This document shows, piece by piece, positions 26,452 through 39,952 of a DNA stretch of 64,000 bases. The translations under genes and the position numbers were made by a program. Under the pieces are notes generated by a model, which was not told the DNA's origin, ran no database searches, and saw nothing but the letters and a program-made list of their open reading frames with translations. Origin of the DNA: Azolla caroliniana (lineage: Eukaryota > Plantae > Polypodiophyta); the NCBI GenBank assembly GCA_043228905.1, contig JBHGNT010000001.1, positions 8,618,001-8,682,000 on the forward strand. The letters run 5' to 3'. The first letter of the stretch is position 1. The number at the start of each line of letters is the position of its first letter.

Positions 26452-26715
26452 TAGCTTAGTTGGTAGAATTGACCCAAAGGGCACGTGTTCAGCCTCTAAA
26501 CTACAAAGTGGCATCTAGTAAAGTAGTGGACACACTGAGATTGGACCCTTAGGGTGTAACCCCCAATACACAAAAGAACCACTATGTGGAGATATATTTA
26601 TAACTTTTCTTTTTGTGTAGAGGAATTGATAAAGGTTTTGAAGTGAATATGCGAATTTGAATCTAAGCTTTGTGGGTAATAAAAAATATAGCCTACCACT
26701 AATCTAGGCTATCAA
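26452..26715 (+). mobile_element. Older, diverged relative of the bipartite tRNA-like element
   Basis: TAGCTTAGTTGGTAG (A box), GTTCAGCCT, and the shared linker AGTGGCATCTAGT. The reverse strand reads TAGCCTAGATTAGTGGTAGG..GATTCAAATTC. Confidence 0.55.
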
Positions 26716-27583
26716 AGGAAAGAGAAGCTATAAATATTGACATAGACCTTGCCTAATGAGAGATTAGGCACGTAAAAGATTAATTGTACTTATTAGCATC
26801 TCCTCAAGGGAACTTGACTGTTCCCTATCCTACCTTTAATGTTGGACATGTTATTCGTCAAACTAAGATTTCAAAACAACACATTGATTACATCTCTAAA
26901 AGGCAATGTTAACAATGATTTACATGGACAAGGAGGGGTTACCTTGGATGGTAAGCTAGAAAGATCACTCAAGCTAAAAATTGTAGCTTTTTGGGATTAA
27001 TAAGCCTACTTGATGCAGAGCTTTTTGATCCATTCCAAAACACACAATAACATGGAGTTACATATAGTATGGTTCGAGGATGACAAGGCTTGTTTACTAC
27101 AAAAGCCACCATAGAGACGGGCATATTGTTGGAAAAACTCCAATACCCTCATAAGCTCTCAAAAACCATGGACAAGAAGCAAAAAATGTCATTCAAAGCT
27201 AAAGATAGGGGGGAGCTTTTCCAATTAAGCAAATCTCATTGACGCATAGCCTTGCAAGGCCCACTCGAGGAGACGAAAAAACAATAAGAGATGGACAAAC
27301 GATTTTGAGTGAGGGAGTGTGTGGAAGGGCTATTCCTAGACAATCAGAATCTGGGCGATAATCACTACCGTACTTGGCTATAAAAAACTAATTGTAGTCA
27401 CTATGATCGATTCATACACCAGTTACAAAACGTAGCAACCCAATGGCCAAATGCGCGAGCGAACAGTTAGATCGGATATATTACAACATGGAGAAACTGT
27501 GCAAAGCACCCGATAAAAAGGTTTCGAGGAGCACGCAACGGGAGTGTAATGCCTTGGTTGGTTGGCTGGCCGGCCTAGCCCTC

Positions 27584-27802
27584 CTTCTCCTTTGAATCTC
27601 AAAACGACGAGGAGAATGGTGTTTTATAACCAGCATTTGTCCGTCCCGTCCATCGTCCATCGCCTGCCTTTAGTTTATTTTGGCCAGGCTATTCCAATTT
27701 ATTTCCCCACCTTCTCCTCTTGAATCTCAAAAATAACGTGGAGAATGGGTTTGTGGGGTAGCGCTTTTGTCCGTCCGCCTGCCTGCCTGCCTTAGTTTAT
27801 TT
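27584..27802. repeat. Diverged ~127-bp tandem duplication in the putative TZF promoter
   Basis: CTTCTCCT(C)TTGAATCTCAAAA..GGAGAATGG..TTTGTCCGTCC..GCCTGCCT(T)TAGTTTATTT at ~27584 and ~27711. Confidence 0.8.
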
Positions 27803-28161
27803 ATCCTGTAGAATGTATTGAATCGGGGCGCCGTCAAAGAAGACGGCCCGAGAATCGTTAGTTTTAGCGGCCCCCTTTTCCCCTCCATACATAATAAATA
27901 ATATATACATTGTTTTTTTATTTGGCTTCATCTCATTTCATTTCATTCCGATCCTCTCTGTGTCTCTGTGTCTCTGCTCTGCTCTGTTCTGCTGCTGCAA
28001 TTTAGGGCGGGAGAAGGAGGACAGACAGACTGAAAGGAGGAAGAAGGAAAAGCAGACCAGTAACGGAGAAGAACGAAAAGACGGACAGAGATAAGCAGCG
28101 TAGAAGGACCGAAAGAAGAAACAGAGAAGGAAATCTAGCTCAAGCTGTGCCATTTCTTCAG

Positions 28162-29753
28162 GTTAGTCTTCTTCTTCTTCTTCTTCTTCTTCTTCTTCTC
28201 CTCCTCCTCCTCCTCTTCTCTCTCCCTCTCTCCCACTGTCTCTTTACCCCCATTTCTTTTCCCCCCTCATCATCATCATCATCATCCTCTTCTTCTCTAT
28301 GTTTGTTTCCATTTTCTTCCTTCTTAATTTCTTGCCATAAACCCTAAAGAATCGACTTGCCTTCCGTGTTTTCTCTCCCACGTAAAGCGAGGCTTCATTT
28401 TTACGAGAGATCGAGTGGAAATTTTTGGGTAGAAAGGGGGAAAAAACGAAAAGAAAATATAGAAGTAGAAAGGAGGTTCTTTTCCCCCCTTTTCTGATTT
28501 CTGCATTTTCTTCATTCTCTGATCTGTTGTCTTGGTCTTCCATACTTCGCAATGTTCTGATAGTTAAGACGTTCACATTTTATCCAAGTTTGTAGTTTGA
28601 CATCATTCATGGAAACTGGAAAAATGTTTCTGGAGAAAAAAAATTCACATTTTCGTCCTACACAGATTCTTTAGTTTCACTGTCCTTTAATTTACGGATA
28701 TTTTTATTTGATCTTAAGGAGAATAATTTCCATCTGTGCAAATCGGAGTCAGATAATTATTGACTTTAATTAAATTTATTTTGACCCTGTGCTTTTTAAC
28801 TATCCAAGAAAATCCACCATATGTTCCAGAATATGCATAAATATAAATTAGTGGAAATCTATTTCGGGTTAGCTTATAGATGTCCCTTATTTTATGATCA
28901 TACGGCTAATTATACATTATTGCATTCCATTAGGCCATAGGTAGGTCCATTACCTTGTCAAATGTCATTTATGCTATGAGCGTGCATATAAGTTCATGCT
29001 AATGAAGACAGTTACACTAGACATAGGCCCACTAGCCCGAGGAAAAACATTTACTTTATTACCATACACCTAATCATATATTAATGGAACCAGAGATAGG
29101 GCAATGAGGCTGTCCTCCATTTGAAAGTGGGTGACTAAATGGTTGGCCACTGGGGCTGTCTGGGCAGCATTGAGACTCGAGATTTCATGAAAAGGAACCA
29201 ATTTTCAGATCATTATGTGATAGACTCGAGTTAGGACTGTCCCATTTGGTGGGTGAAAATAGTCAACTCAGGGTAGGGGGGTTTGAGTCTGAGTTAAAGT
29301 AAGTCCATGTGCTTTACAATTATATCAGAGCAGAAGATTTGAAGGCATGCCCCTGCTGCAGTAACAGTCTATAAACCACAAAATAATGGCGGAGGAAGGA
29401 TGAAGAGAGTCTTAAATTGGGAAGAAATGCCATCGAAATGGACATAAGATTTACGTAGAACAATTCAAAGACAGGGAAATGTTACTAGGTAAGTGGCTGA
29501 GTTATTCTCTCAGTACAGTAGAGTACAAGAGGTCTTGAGGTTGAGTAACTTGGTCACTTGGTTACGATATTATGCCTTTGAAATTTCCAATAAGGCCATG
29601 TGTCTTACACTAGGATGGGCCTGGGGCATTAGAAGAATTGTGTTTTTGCTCCCCTTGGATTACTCTTATTTATGTATAAGTATTGATTGGATGCCTCAAA
29701 TTCTGAAGTTTACCATATGCATCTCACGCTAGTGATTTTGTTTCATCTTTCAG
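28162..29753 (+). other. Predicted 5'-UTR intron of the TZF gene
   Basis: CAG|GTTAGT donor after a GA-rich leader, followed by CTT/CCT repeats. Pyrimidine-rich TTTCATCTTTCAG acceptor lies 31 nt before the ATG. Confidence 0.6.
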
Positions 29754-29784
29754 AACTATTTGCTACAAGTGGGAGGGAAAGGAA

Positions 29785-32067
29785 ATGTGTGTAGTGCCAG
29801 AGAAGTCAAGCACAAGTACTGATTCTAATGTTCAAGATGTAATGCCTCCACCAACTTGTACAAACTCAAGCAATTGTGTGAGTAAGGAAATGGAAGTTTT
29901 GGGTCGAGATGGAACTGATTGCATATCCGTTTTACTTGAATTGGCTGCCAATGATGATTTAGAGGGCTTTGAACAAGCCATAAAAGAAGATAAAACCAAG
30001 GTGTATGGTGTAGGAGCTTGGTACTGTAGGCAGAATGGAAAAACTCAAATGGTATTAGAGCAAAGGACGCCGGTCATGATTGCAGCTTTATATGGGAGTT
30101 TAGGCGTTCTCGAATGCATTTTGAATCTTTTTGATAGTCCACAAGATATCAACAGGACATGTGGTTTTGATGGAAGCACTGCTTTGCATTGTGCTGCTGC
30201 TGGTGGGTCTACCAGAGCTTTAGAGACTGTAAAGTTGCTACTTAAATTTGGAGCAGACTTGAATTTGCCCGATGCAATGGGTAGAAGGCCAGCTGATGTA
30301 ATTGCAACTCATCCTAGACTTGGGCATATTCAAGTAGAAATGGAAAGCATTCTCAAAGCAGTGAAGTCTATTCGACGGCCCATACACATAGATGTGCCTG
30401 AAGGAATAGAGTCAGATTTCCCTCTTTTCCTAGATGAGGTTTCTGATGCAATGGTCGATGGAGAAATTCTACCTATTCATATGTCCTCATCATCTTTATC
30501 TTCGCCAGAGGCCAGAGGATCACCCCGGTCATCTTCACCCTCTTCATCATCCTCTCGTGAAGCATTGAATATGGCTGCGATGAAGGTCTTAGCTGAGCAT
30601 AATGAGAAAGACAAGGAATGGCATAACAATGATCCTTCACTTCCTGATATTAAGAATAGCATTTATATGACAGATGAGTTCCGGATGTTCTCCTTCAAGA
30701 TTCGCCCTTGTTCAAGGGCATATTCGCATGATTGGACTGAGTGCCCATTTGCCCATCCGGGAGAAAATGCTAGGAGGAGAGATCCAAGAAGGTATCATTA
30801 CAGCTGTGTACCTTGTCCAGATTTTCGGAAGGGTTCCTGCCGTCGAGGTGATGCGTGTGAATATGCACATGGGGTGTTTGAATGTTGGCTTCATCCTGCT
30901 CAATATCGAACTCGGCTTTGTAAAGATGGCCTTGATTGTGCTCGGAGAGTATGCTTTTTTGCCCACACTACCGAAGAGCTCCGTCCTTTGTACATTTCTA
31001 GTGGATCGAGCATTCCTTCTCCAAGGACTCCAGCATCTTCAATGGATATGGCAACAATGAGCCCACCTCTTGCATCAGGATCTCCATCAACATTAATGAT
31101 GAACTCATTTTTCTCATCAAATTCAGGTCATAATCCCAATCAAGTGAATCTATCAACTCCTCCAATGTCTCCATCATCGCCTGGTACTTGGTCTCCATCG
31201 AATGTGCCTGCTTTGCATCTTCCTGGAGGGGGTTTTCATGCGAGCCGATTGAGAGCGGCTTTGAATGCTCGGGATATATCATTAGAAGTGCCCGATTTTG
31301 ACTGTCAACTAGTTAATGAGCTTTCATGCCTTTCACCTCGAACACTTTCCACACAAGCTTGTTTAAATGCGGCGGTATCCAGAAGTGGAAAGTATAGGAA
31401 TATGGGGCTTAACGAGGCTTCCATTACTAACCATGATGAGTTATTTGCTCCAGACATTGTGTCTTCTCCAAGATCCATGGTTCATGATTCACCGAGGATG
31501 CTTCAAATGGAACAACTGCGCCGATCCTCGCAAATGCATTCTCAGTTGCAAAATCAGATAAACTCTCAAGTTTTTTCACCCATGGTTGATCAAATGGCAT
31601 TGCAAATGCAACAAGCTGCCTTGGAGACACAATTGCAAAGCTCTCCCCGGATTCATACTTCAACCCCCTTTAGCCTTGGGTCTCTTGGTCGAATGGCCTC
31701 TCTCGGGGTATCAGATTCTGAGAGACAAAACAATCAGAAACTGGTTTCATTATCTCCTTCTATGGTTGCTTTGTCACCATCAATGGTATCAGCAGCAGCA
31801 CAAGCATCATCAGCCTTTGCACAACATGAGAAAAGCTACCATAATAGTCCGCGTGATTTGGGTTTGGGTTTTTCATTATCTGGTTGGGGTTCTCCCACTG
31901 GAAAACCTGAATGGGGTGTCCAAAGAGATGATCTATCCAAATTTAGAAAGGTGTCCTCGATTGGTGTCAAAGCCGAGGAGCCTGATGTATCATGGGTTCA
32001 CCGATTGGTAAAAGAGAGTCCTTTAGATGATGATAGTATCAACAACAATGATTCTACAAGTGGCTAG
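29785..32067 (+). CDS. Ankyrin-repeat, Arg-rich tandem CCCH zinc-finger protein (RR-TZF, C3H30/56-OXS2-like subgroup), 760 aa, single coding exon
   Basis: Long ORF with ankyrin repeats ([26 protein letters not shown]) and the RR-TZF block ([75 protein letters not shown]). C-terminal motifs [11 protein letters not shown] and EPDVSWV are present. Confidence 0.96.
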   Translation: MCVVPEKSSTSTDSNVQDVMPPPTCTNSSNCVSKEMEVLGRDGTDCISVLLELAANDDLEGFEQAIKEDKTKVYGVGAWYCRQNGKTQMVLEQRTPVMIAALYGSLGVLECILNLFDSPQDINRTCGFDGSTALHCAAAGGSTRALETVKLLLKFGADLNLPDAMGRRPADVIATHPRLGHIQVEMESILKAVKSIRRPIHIDVPEGIESDFPLFLDEVSDAMVDGEILPIHMSSSSLSSPEARGSPRSSSPSSSSSREALNMAAMKVLAEHNEKDKEWHNNDPSLPDIKNSIYMTDEFRMFSFKIRPCSRAYSHDWTECPFAHPGENARRRDPRRYHYSCVPCPDFRKGSCRRGDACEYAHGVFECWLHPAQYRTRLCKDGLDCARRVCFFAHTTEELRPLYISSGSSIPSPRTPASSMDMATMSPPLASGSPSTLMMNSFFSSNSGHNPNQVNLSTPPMSPSSPGTWSPSNVPALHLPGGGFHASRLRAALNARDISLEVPDFDCQLVNELSCLSPRTLSTQACLNAAVSRSGKYRNMGLNEASITNHDELFAPDIVSSPRSMVHDSPRMLQMEQLRRSSQMHSQLQNQINSQVFSPMVDQMALQMQQAALETQLQSSPRIHTSTPFSLGSLGRMASLGVSDSERQNNQKLVSLSPSMVALSPSMVSAAAQASSAFAQHEKSYHNSPRDLGLGFSLSGWGSPTGKPEWGVQRDDLSKFRKVSSIGVKAEEPDVSWVHRLVKESPLDDDSINNNDSTSG

Positions 32068-32728
32068 AGAGCTGATATATTGATCATGGCATTCTTGGGT
32101 CCATTGGATCGGTTTCGTTGCGTGTTTTTGGATTCTCCGAGCCGGCCATTCTGTTTTGTTGGCTATTCCACAAAAACTAACAGAAAAAGAAAGAAAAATA
32201 GAAAAAATGGGACATTTTGAGGGCCCAACCACCTAGGAAAGGACAGTTATTATTAAAATTTTCTTCTTTTAGCAATTTTTTGATTTGTTATTATCAGTGC
32301 TGCCGTAAAGGTGGACGGTTTATTTTGAGATGGAATCAAATCTTATTCAGTGCGAAAGCGCCCTGATGTAAAGTGGCGTGTTTTGTCTGGGGTTGGAAAA
32401 CCAACTGGTGGATGAATCGACAAATGGATTTGATTGCCAGTGCTCGGTAAGAGATTATTTTGTTCTTCTGATGTTTGGACTTTGTTTAATGCGAAAAGCG
32501 AGTCCTAGAAATTAGTTGCAATTTTCATGGGTCTTGATTCAAAGAATATGAATTTACATATTTTAGCATGATATGGAAAAACGGAGGTGATCATAATGTG
32601 CTGTCAAAAACAACGGGCAACTGACTGTGTGTGCATGCTTTTTCTTTGGCTTGGAATGCAGAAAACTTATGTATTCATCTCAAGTTTAAAAAAGTATGAA
32701 TTTGATCACAAATGGTCATTTCAATATG

Positions 32729-33090
32729 TATTGGCATTGTTGATGAATTTTTTTGTAAAGCTTAGTAGTCGTTGATGATTGTGCTGTAATAACAATTGCA
32801 ATTAAACTCATGTTTGGAAGGAATCATAATATCTTCCCAAATTTAATCTAGGCTTAGATATTTAGAGAACATTTAGTTGATCGTGAATTGAGCACAAATT
32901 GTCATATCTATATTGGCATTGCTGATGAATTTCATTGTAGAGCTTAGTAGTTGTTGGTGATGGTGATGTAATCACAATTGCAAATATTTGCTAGTCTTCA
33001 TTTTTGTAATGAATGAACATTCCTCCCCAAATTGTGGAAGTAAATAATATTTGTTAATCTAGGTTTGGATATTTCAAGAACATTTGGTTA
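32729..33090. repeat. Diverged ~180-bp tandem duplication downstream of TZF
   Basis: TATTGGCATTG(T/C)TGATGAATTT..GCTTAGTAGT..CAATTGCAA..TTAATCTAGG at ~32729 and ~32911. Confidence 0.8.
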
Positions 33091-34138
33091 ATCTTTCAAG
33101 AGGTCATGCATGTAACTTCTCTATAAATATCTCGAATTAATTTTTACATAATTAAAACACACACACTCACTCCCTCTCTAATAACGTTTATTAGTAAAAT
33201 TCTGGAACATTGAGAGTTGATGATATACTTACAACACACGTTGTAAATTTGCTCATTCTTATTACCTAAGTAAAATCTGATTTTGGAGGACGAAAATAAA
33301 ATTTATCCATTAATTGTTCTAACTTATTATGCATATTTTTTTCCCGCGTTGTAGTTGGCTATAGGGAAATACAAGTTGCAAATGTGAGGTTAAGGTCCAT
33401 TAGAATGAAATTTAAGGAAGAGACCTTACCTTAATGTGTAAACATTTCGCAAGGAAAGTTTTAATTTTGATCATAAAACTTTTCATCTAGATTTTCCTTT
33501 CGTTTATCATGGAACTTTTAATATTGCAAGAAAAATTGACATGACGGATTGTTTAACTCTCCATCATGGAACGGTGCCTTTGTTTGTTATCTACTATGTT
33601 GTTAAACATTACCCAAATGATTGTGGTTAAATGCATTTATGAATGCTTTGAACATGTGATGTAGGGATGCAATGGTAAGAAATTTCGTACTACTTCAATG
33701 GTAATATAGAGTAAGGAAAGAGAATAGATAGAACTCTATGAATGTGCTTGAAAGGAAGCTAGCAATGAGAAATAAACCAAATCATATTGATGCTACAAGA
33801 AAATGCGTTGAGGATATTATGCTTACCTCAACTTATAAAGGATGGACGAGCATAAAACCTATCATGTGCTTATATTCTCAATATGCTCGCATAGGAAAGC
33901 ATGCCAATGTTTGAAAGGAAAATCAAAAACATGTTTCAAAGATCTCAAACAGGCACAAAGATGTTGGATATATGTATGTAGTAATAAATTGTACATGCAT
34001 GGCAATGCCCTCTTGATGACCACATATTTGCCATGTACAAATTTTTCCAAACTCTGTTGATGATGCGGACATTGTATAAAAGAACTTGGAAATAGAAAAG
34101 TCCACGCTTTATATTTGTTTTGAGATGATGCAAGGTTT

Positions 34139-34880
34139 TTTTAGGGTTTGAGATCTCAGAAAAAACATGTAAGCATGCTAAGATTACTCAAGAGATAAAA
34201 CCCTCAGGGGTTTAGGGTTTGAGATCCCAGAAAAATAGGTAAGCATACTAAGATTACTCAATATTGTAAAAAACCCCTCTATCCTAGTCCTAGCAACAAT
34301 GCATCTTTTAGGTTTAAAGAGTGGCATTGCTTGGTAGAAACCATCAAGGTATGGTTTGCATCTTCATGGTCAAATGAATGGAACGAGAATCCTTGACAGT
34401 GGCATTCTTTTGATAATTTGCATATCTCAAAAAAGCTTTTGCTAATTTTTGCTATCAGTACCAGATAGTTGCTCCTAAATAGAATCTAGAGAGGGTGAGG
34501 CATCAGAGATCGGCGTTGTTGTTATCTCGCCCCTTACTAATCAATCTCTGTTTCTCTAAGTTTGTCAACTCTCCCTTAATGTTGCATATAAAGTGTTATT
34601 CCACTAATGATTTCAATTAAGTATCGATTCAGAAATTTAAGTACCTTTACAAAAGTTCTGAAGAAGAATGTAACTTGCGAGAGAATCCATAGATTGCTTT
34701 TGTATCGTTAGTAGAACGTTGCTCCTAAATCGAATATAGAGAGAGTGAGCTATCAAATGTAGAGTCTGTTGTAATCTTGCACCTTATTAATCAAACTCCA
34801 TTTCTTTAAGTGTGTCTTTTGTACCTTAATATTGTATATGAAGTGTTCTTCCACTGAGTATTCTTCAATTAAGTATCTAG
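34139..34880. repeat. Two adjacent tandem duplications (~70 bp and ~250 bp units)
   Basis: TTTAGGGTTTGAGATC..TAAGATTACTCAA occurs twice (~34140, ~34211). GTTGCTCCTAAAT..TTCCACT..TTCAATTAAGTATC occurs twice (~34468, ~34718). Confidence 0.8.
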
Positions 34881-34929
34881 ATTAAGTTTGATTAAGCAAT
34901 TAACCACATGTCACACACAATCAAACAAC

Positions 34930-35499
34930 TAAGTATTTAGATTAACTTCAATTAAGCACTTAAGTTCGATACACAGTTTGATTACAATTGTGATGAGAAT
35001 AAACTGTCTACTTTGATGAAAGTGTGATATGTGTTGGATAACATTGTCGATACAATTAGAGAAGCCCTTACTACAACCCAATATCGCTGAATTTGGGGAT
35101 TGATGTAGACATGACATGCCTATAAGGTGGGAAGTGGGGTTCCTATGTTTGTGGTCAGCAGATTCTTTACACAAGTTATATGTAGATAAACTCCTACAAA
35201 TTTCTTCATATATGGGCGTCATAAGGTCTTCTCTATGTGTTGGCCATTGGTGGGAGACCGTTGTAGATATGGCACACTAAGGTAAAAGGCTTGTTGACTA
35301 CTAGCACAAACCCTCCAACCCAAGTATATAAGGAGGTAACTAAATAGGGATTAGAGGGTCAACTTTTGTTGCATATCTTGTAAATTGTAATTGTTGTATC
35401 TATTGTAACACTCCATGCATTTGAGCCTTCTCAATTCTCTATCTTTCTTTTGGTTTAAAAACGCATAATTATATTAATAAATGTGTTTGAAAAACAACA
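34930..35499 (+). mobile_element. Copia-like 3' end (RNase H tail) plus short LTR-like segment (~35262-35499)
   Basis: Frameshifted ADSL(T)K-like motif near 35160 and a purine-rich tract at ~35250. A TG...CA-bounded segment follows, containing TATATAA and AATAAA. Confidence 0.45.
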
Positions 35500-35519
35500 C
35501 AATGGTACCGCAATTGAGT

Positions 35520-36420
35520 GTGGTCACCTCTAACTATTAGGGTAGTGGGACATGTTGAATCACAAATAGGCAAGATAAACACTCCACTGAGGAAAGAATT
35601 TCTACTTGGTCCAATAAAGAAAGTGATATACTTTGACTCCATGCCTACCATCAAACACAAAGGCATTGCATATATCACAATTATGATGTAATCCCCATAT
35701 CTCAAAAATAGGAGAATGGTCTTCATCTCTGATTTCGCGTTAACTTGTGTTAATTATGCAAACACCCACTTCTTAGATATGCTTTGATTCTATACCTGTC
35801 ATCAAATAGAAAAACATTGCACATATCCCGATTATGATGCAATCCCTATTTCTCCATCTTTGATTTTAGGTTGACATGTGTGAATTGTGTAAACACCCAC
35901 TGACTTCCCATCAAATAACAACATCACAAAACTTGCCAACTTTGAGAAATATAACTCCAAATTTGAGATTTTTCTAATCACAGATCCTTGTCATCCCAAA
36001 CATTCCAAATCTTTCTTATTACATGAGATGAGACTAGATTTCCTCAAATTAATACGCAATCTAGATGCCAATGCAAATTGGTTCTGTATGAACAACCTAT
36101 TTAGTATTATCAACATTAAATTCATATGAGGCTCATAGGAACATGAAAGAATCAATTGCCAATACCTTTGCAAATGGAAGGTGTAGGCTCACAATATCAC
36201 AATTAGTTGCAAGCCTTGATAGCATCACCAACAAGGGATGAGTAATAGCTACAAACAACAATGGGCTAAGTGGGCTTCCTTGAAAAACAGATATGCTAAG
36301 AGCAATACCTTATGTAACTCCACCATTAAGTATTACTTGGGACACCACATCTTGTCCTAATAAAAATATGAGGCAAGACGTATGTGGTCCAAAGCGCATT
36401 GTATGCATTAACATAGAAAC
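35520..36420 (-). mobile_element. LINE reverse-transcriptase fragment (degenerate)
   Basis: Minus strand reads FQGSPLSPLLFVAITHPL (LINE RT QGCPLSPLLF motif, ~36230-36285) and FALASRLRINLRKS (cf. SGLRINLSKS). Confidence 0.75.
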
Positions 36421-36915
36421 AAATGACCAATTAACATGATGACAAACTCTCTCCTATTATAATTGCACCATAATCAATTCTTGATGAGTGTGACGTTCGT
36501 AACCCGTGGACATTTGAGCCTTCAACACATAATATAGTATATTCTTACCTACAATAAAAAATTGGGTTGGGTGTATCAACTTTGGCAAAATACTTTCGTA
36601 ATATATTTGTCGAGACCATTGTAAATAACTTATATAAACCTCCCATCAAACAAATATACCATGATCGGTAAAATGACTCAGGTGATGCTAACTTCAGAAC
36701 TAATTTAATCAAACCAAACATCTATGCTTGATGCATATAACCTGAATCACAAGAACGATGAGACATCAAAGTTAGGGGCCCTTTCAAGTGTCAGAATATT
36801 GCTTGAAATATTCATTTGTCAAGTCATCCCAATGAGGGTTTTTTTACTAGGAAGATGCCTTGAAATCGTGTCTACATCATCCTCTACGGAATTCGCATCC
36901 AATTCACGACTAAGT

Positions 36916-36968
<53 letters not shown>

Positions 36969-37049
36969 AGGTTTGTTTTTGGTATGTTTATTATGTTGTC
37001 TTGTTTTTGCATCCAGTTAAAACTTTCTTAGGTCGTCAAACTTTTGCGT

Positions 37050-38500
37050 TGTGTTAGGATGCACACAGATTGTGTTGGGTTGCATTGGAGTAGCTCCAAC
37101 AATGGCATTTAAAGATTTTTGTGGATGGCTTATTATTGTTCACGGTGCATGATCTCTCCTTATCTTTGAGACTTCACAAGCATAACCTTTGTTTTAAACA
37201 TATCAATATTTAACTTCTTATACATGCAAAAGTTTTTCAATATGGTCATAAGCGTGTTTGCATCCAGTAGAATATTTGTTGAAGTGCCACATCATCTGTA
37301 TACACCAAAAGCATGATGATTGTTCAATGCCTTCTTGTAAACTCATCAACCATTTGTTCTAATCCATCAATAGATACCAATGGGAGTTCGTGTGAGTGGG
37401 TATCCTCCATTACCCAACAATTCTTGTGAAAAAATAGGAAATTAAATCTCTCATACCACACAACATATCACATTGCATAGATTGAAAGTAGTTGCAAATC
37501 TCCCATACCCTAAACATACCCTAAACATAATAACTTGCAATCATATGTTCATTGGGAACTTTGAGTCCTCCCATAAGTTTCCAAATGTGCTCAACTCTCA
37601 AGGTCACCATATAAAAGGCTTGCTTGAAGTATGTGAAGGACTAATATAATTATATACCTTTCAAACGACTTTCTTCCATTAGTCCTCAAGAATGACAAGG
37701 TGATCAATGGTGTGATGGTGGTTTTGAAAACCAACTTGTTAATAAACCCTCCTGCCATTATCTTCAAACTAGATACTTAAGTTTGCTTCCATTGCACATC
37801 CAAATAACTTTTGCATAAAAGAACCAACCATGAATTTCCAATACATAGTTGTTTGCATTACTTATATCTCCCTAGCTATACAAATATATTTATCCAGTTT
37901 GTACTCCCATTGTACAATATGCTATGGTTTAGTGCACGATCAAACATATCACTTATCCAAGCACTTGTTTCCTCTCTTCCTATTCAAGCACTTTGTCTTT
38001 GATACCTTGAACATATTTTGCCTTGCAAGTGACCAATTTCTTAAACCTTGTGCATACATCTTTAATAGTAAGAAATGAATGCATGCATGGAAAAGAACTA
38101 TAACACATAATCTTGTATTAGTTTGATTTATTATATAAGTTCTTCCAATCTATACACAAGTTCATAAGAGTTAAGTTACCATCACTCCCAGTGTTCCAAC
38201 CTATTAGGTTTCTCAAGAATTACCATATGCATATGCTTTATCTTGGGTGTGGAGAAGTTGTCTATCAATTTCACATGCTCTTTTCTAGTTTTGAATAAGA
38301 CCTTTGAATAAATGCAAATCTATTCATGGTTTTCCTTATCTTTGACTACATCTAAACCAAGTACGCTTTTGACTTCTTCGTGTTTCCTATGAGACCATCC
38401 TTTCTTTGAGCTTCACATTTAGTGTTGTTTTTGAAAGGCATGTGTAGCTTCCTTTTTGCATTCTAATGTTACATCATTTTTTACCTTGTCTATTGTGACA
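37050..38500 (-). mobile_element. Decayed PIF/Harbinger transposase remnant
   Basis: Minus strand reads LLGNGGYPL (cf. LLGDSGYPL, ~37395-37420), HAFGV (cf. ERAFG, ~37300) and MNRFAF (cf. RMSR.TF, ~38320), in the expected order. Frames are broken. Confidence 0.55.
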
Positions 38501-39520
38501 TGTCCTCAACCATATTATCATAGATGGACTGTCTTTTAAAACCCATGCTCAATTATGGTCGTTTTGCACGAGATTCTTTCCATACATAAAGTCCTATGAG
38601 CACATTGACAATAAAAATGCATACAATAAAAATACCATGTGGAAGTAACACATAGTCAATCACTCTATTTCCATACTATTTTTTACATGTAAAACCATAT
38701 ATAATAATGTATTGGTGCTATCACGTAAAGATACACCATAGCAATAAACATTCTTTTATTGTTGCATGTGTATGGAAGTAGCTTTCCATATTGATATGGA
38801 TCTTCTTAGACATGGAAGTTTATCCTCTCACATCCTTAACATACATGTCATGCAAAGATGATTGGATATCATGTTGCAAAGGTCTTGCACATATATTTAT
38901 GTCACAAATGACAATAACCTCCCCTCGGCTTAGAAGTAATTCTAGATTGGTAAAGGTTTCACTTCAATCTAAATGACCTTAAAAGTTTGATAATGATAAG
39001 GAATGTAATATTTGACTTGGTGCCATTACTTTGACATATATTTAACATTTACACTCATAATCCATCATCCCCTCTTAATCAAGCAAACATGCCCATATCA
39101 AAGGTTATGCATTATATTTGTCCAAACCTTGAATCCTTTCAAATGTTGTACTCGTTAATTTCAACAATAATTATAATATCCGACTAAATGTTTAACTCAT
39201 CTATACCAATGCCCACATTTCTTACACATTCATTGTTGTTAAAAAATAATATTGTAGAAGTTATTAGTTAATCCCCTCTATTATAGATCCTTAAGCACAA
39301 GTTCTCACATATGGCAACATGAACAAATCTTCTTGCTCAAGGAAAGATGATTGTAAGGCAAGTCTTTGCTCGAGTAGTGAGGAAAGTGTGTTTCTACGGC
39401 GTTAAATGCACAAATCAATGGAAAATCACGGGCATAGATAGACATCCAACAAAAAACATGTGCATGGCAGATCATATGACCAAACACAAGCAACATCCGA
39501 CAAGAGAGAGAGAGAGAGCC

Positions 39521-39736
39521 CAGATGGATGTAGCTCAGTTGGTATGGTTGCCCAATGGAGACCAGGTGGTCATGGGTTCAACCCCTACATTCCATAGTGG
39601 CATCTAGTGAATTAAGAGATATATAAGACGTATATAATAGACAGGTGAGGAACTTGGGTTTCGAACCCAGAACGCAATGCTTGTAGTGCTAACAACTTAC
39701 CACTAGGGTAAGGTAATTACGATAAGAGAGAGAGAC
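39521..39736 (+). mobile_element. Bipartite tRNA-like SINE/MITE-like element, best-preserved + copy, flanked by (GA)n on both sides
   Basis: A box TAGCTCAGTTGG (39531-39542), B box GGTTCAACCC (~39575-39584) and acceptor-like TGGATG/CATTCCA. On the reverse strand: B box GGTTCGAAACC (~39657-39667) and A-like TAGTGGTAAG (~39696-39705). Confidence 0.92.
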
Positions 39737-39764
39737 CGACTTGTTACTCCCTAGTAACACGGTC

Positions 39765-39952
39765 TAAGGTTGCCCAATGGAGACTAGGCATAAGTGGCTA
39801 TGGGTTCAACCCCCTACATTCCACAATGGCATCTAGTGAAATAGAGAGATATATAAGAAGTATATAATAAAGAGGTGAGAAAGTTGGGTTTCGAACCCAA
39901 GACACAATGCTTGTAGCGTTATTGACTTACCATTAGGGTAAGCTAATTATGA

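Noticed and set aside
34139-34225. Interstitial telomere (TTTAGGG)
   Set aside because: Only isolated single units within a local duplication, not an array.
39524-39593. Functional tRNA gene
   Set aside because: A and B boxes are present, but the D and anticodon stems pair poorly, there is no oligo-T terminator, and the sequence is part of a dispersed repeat with variable copies.
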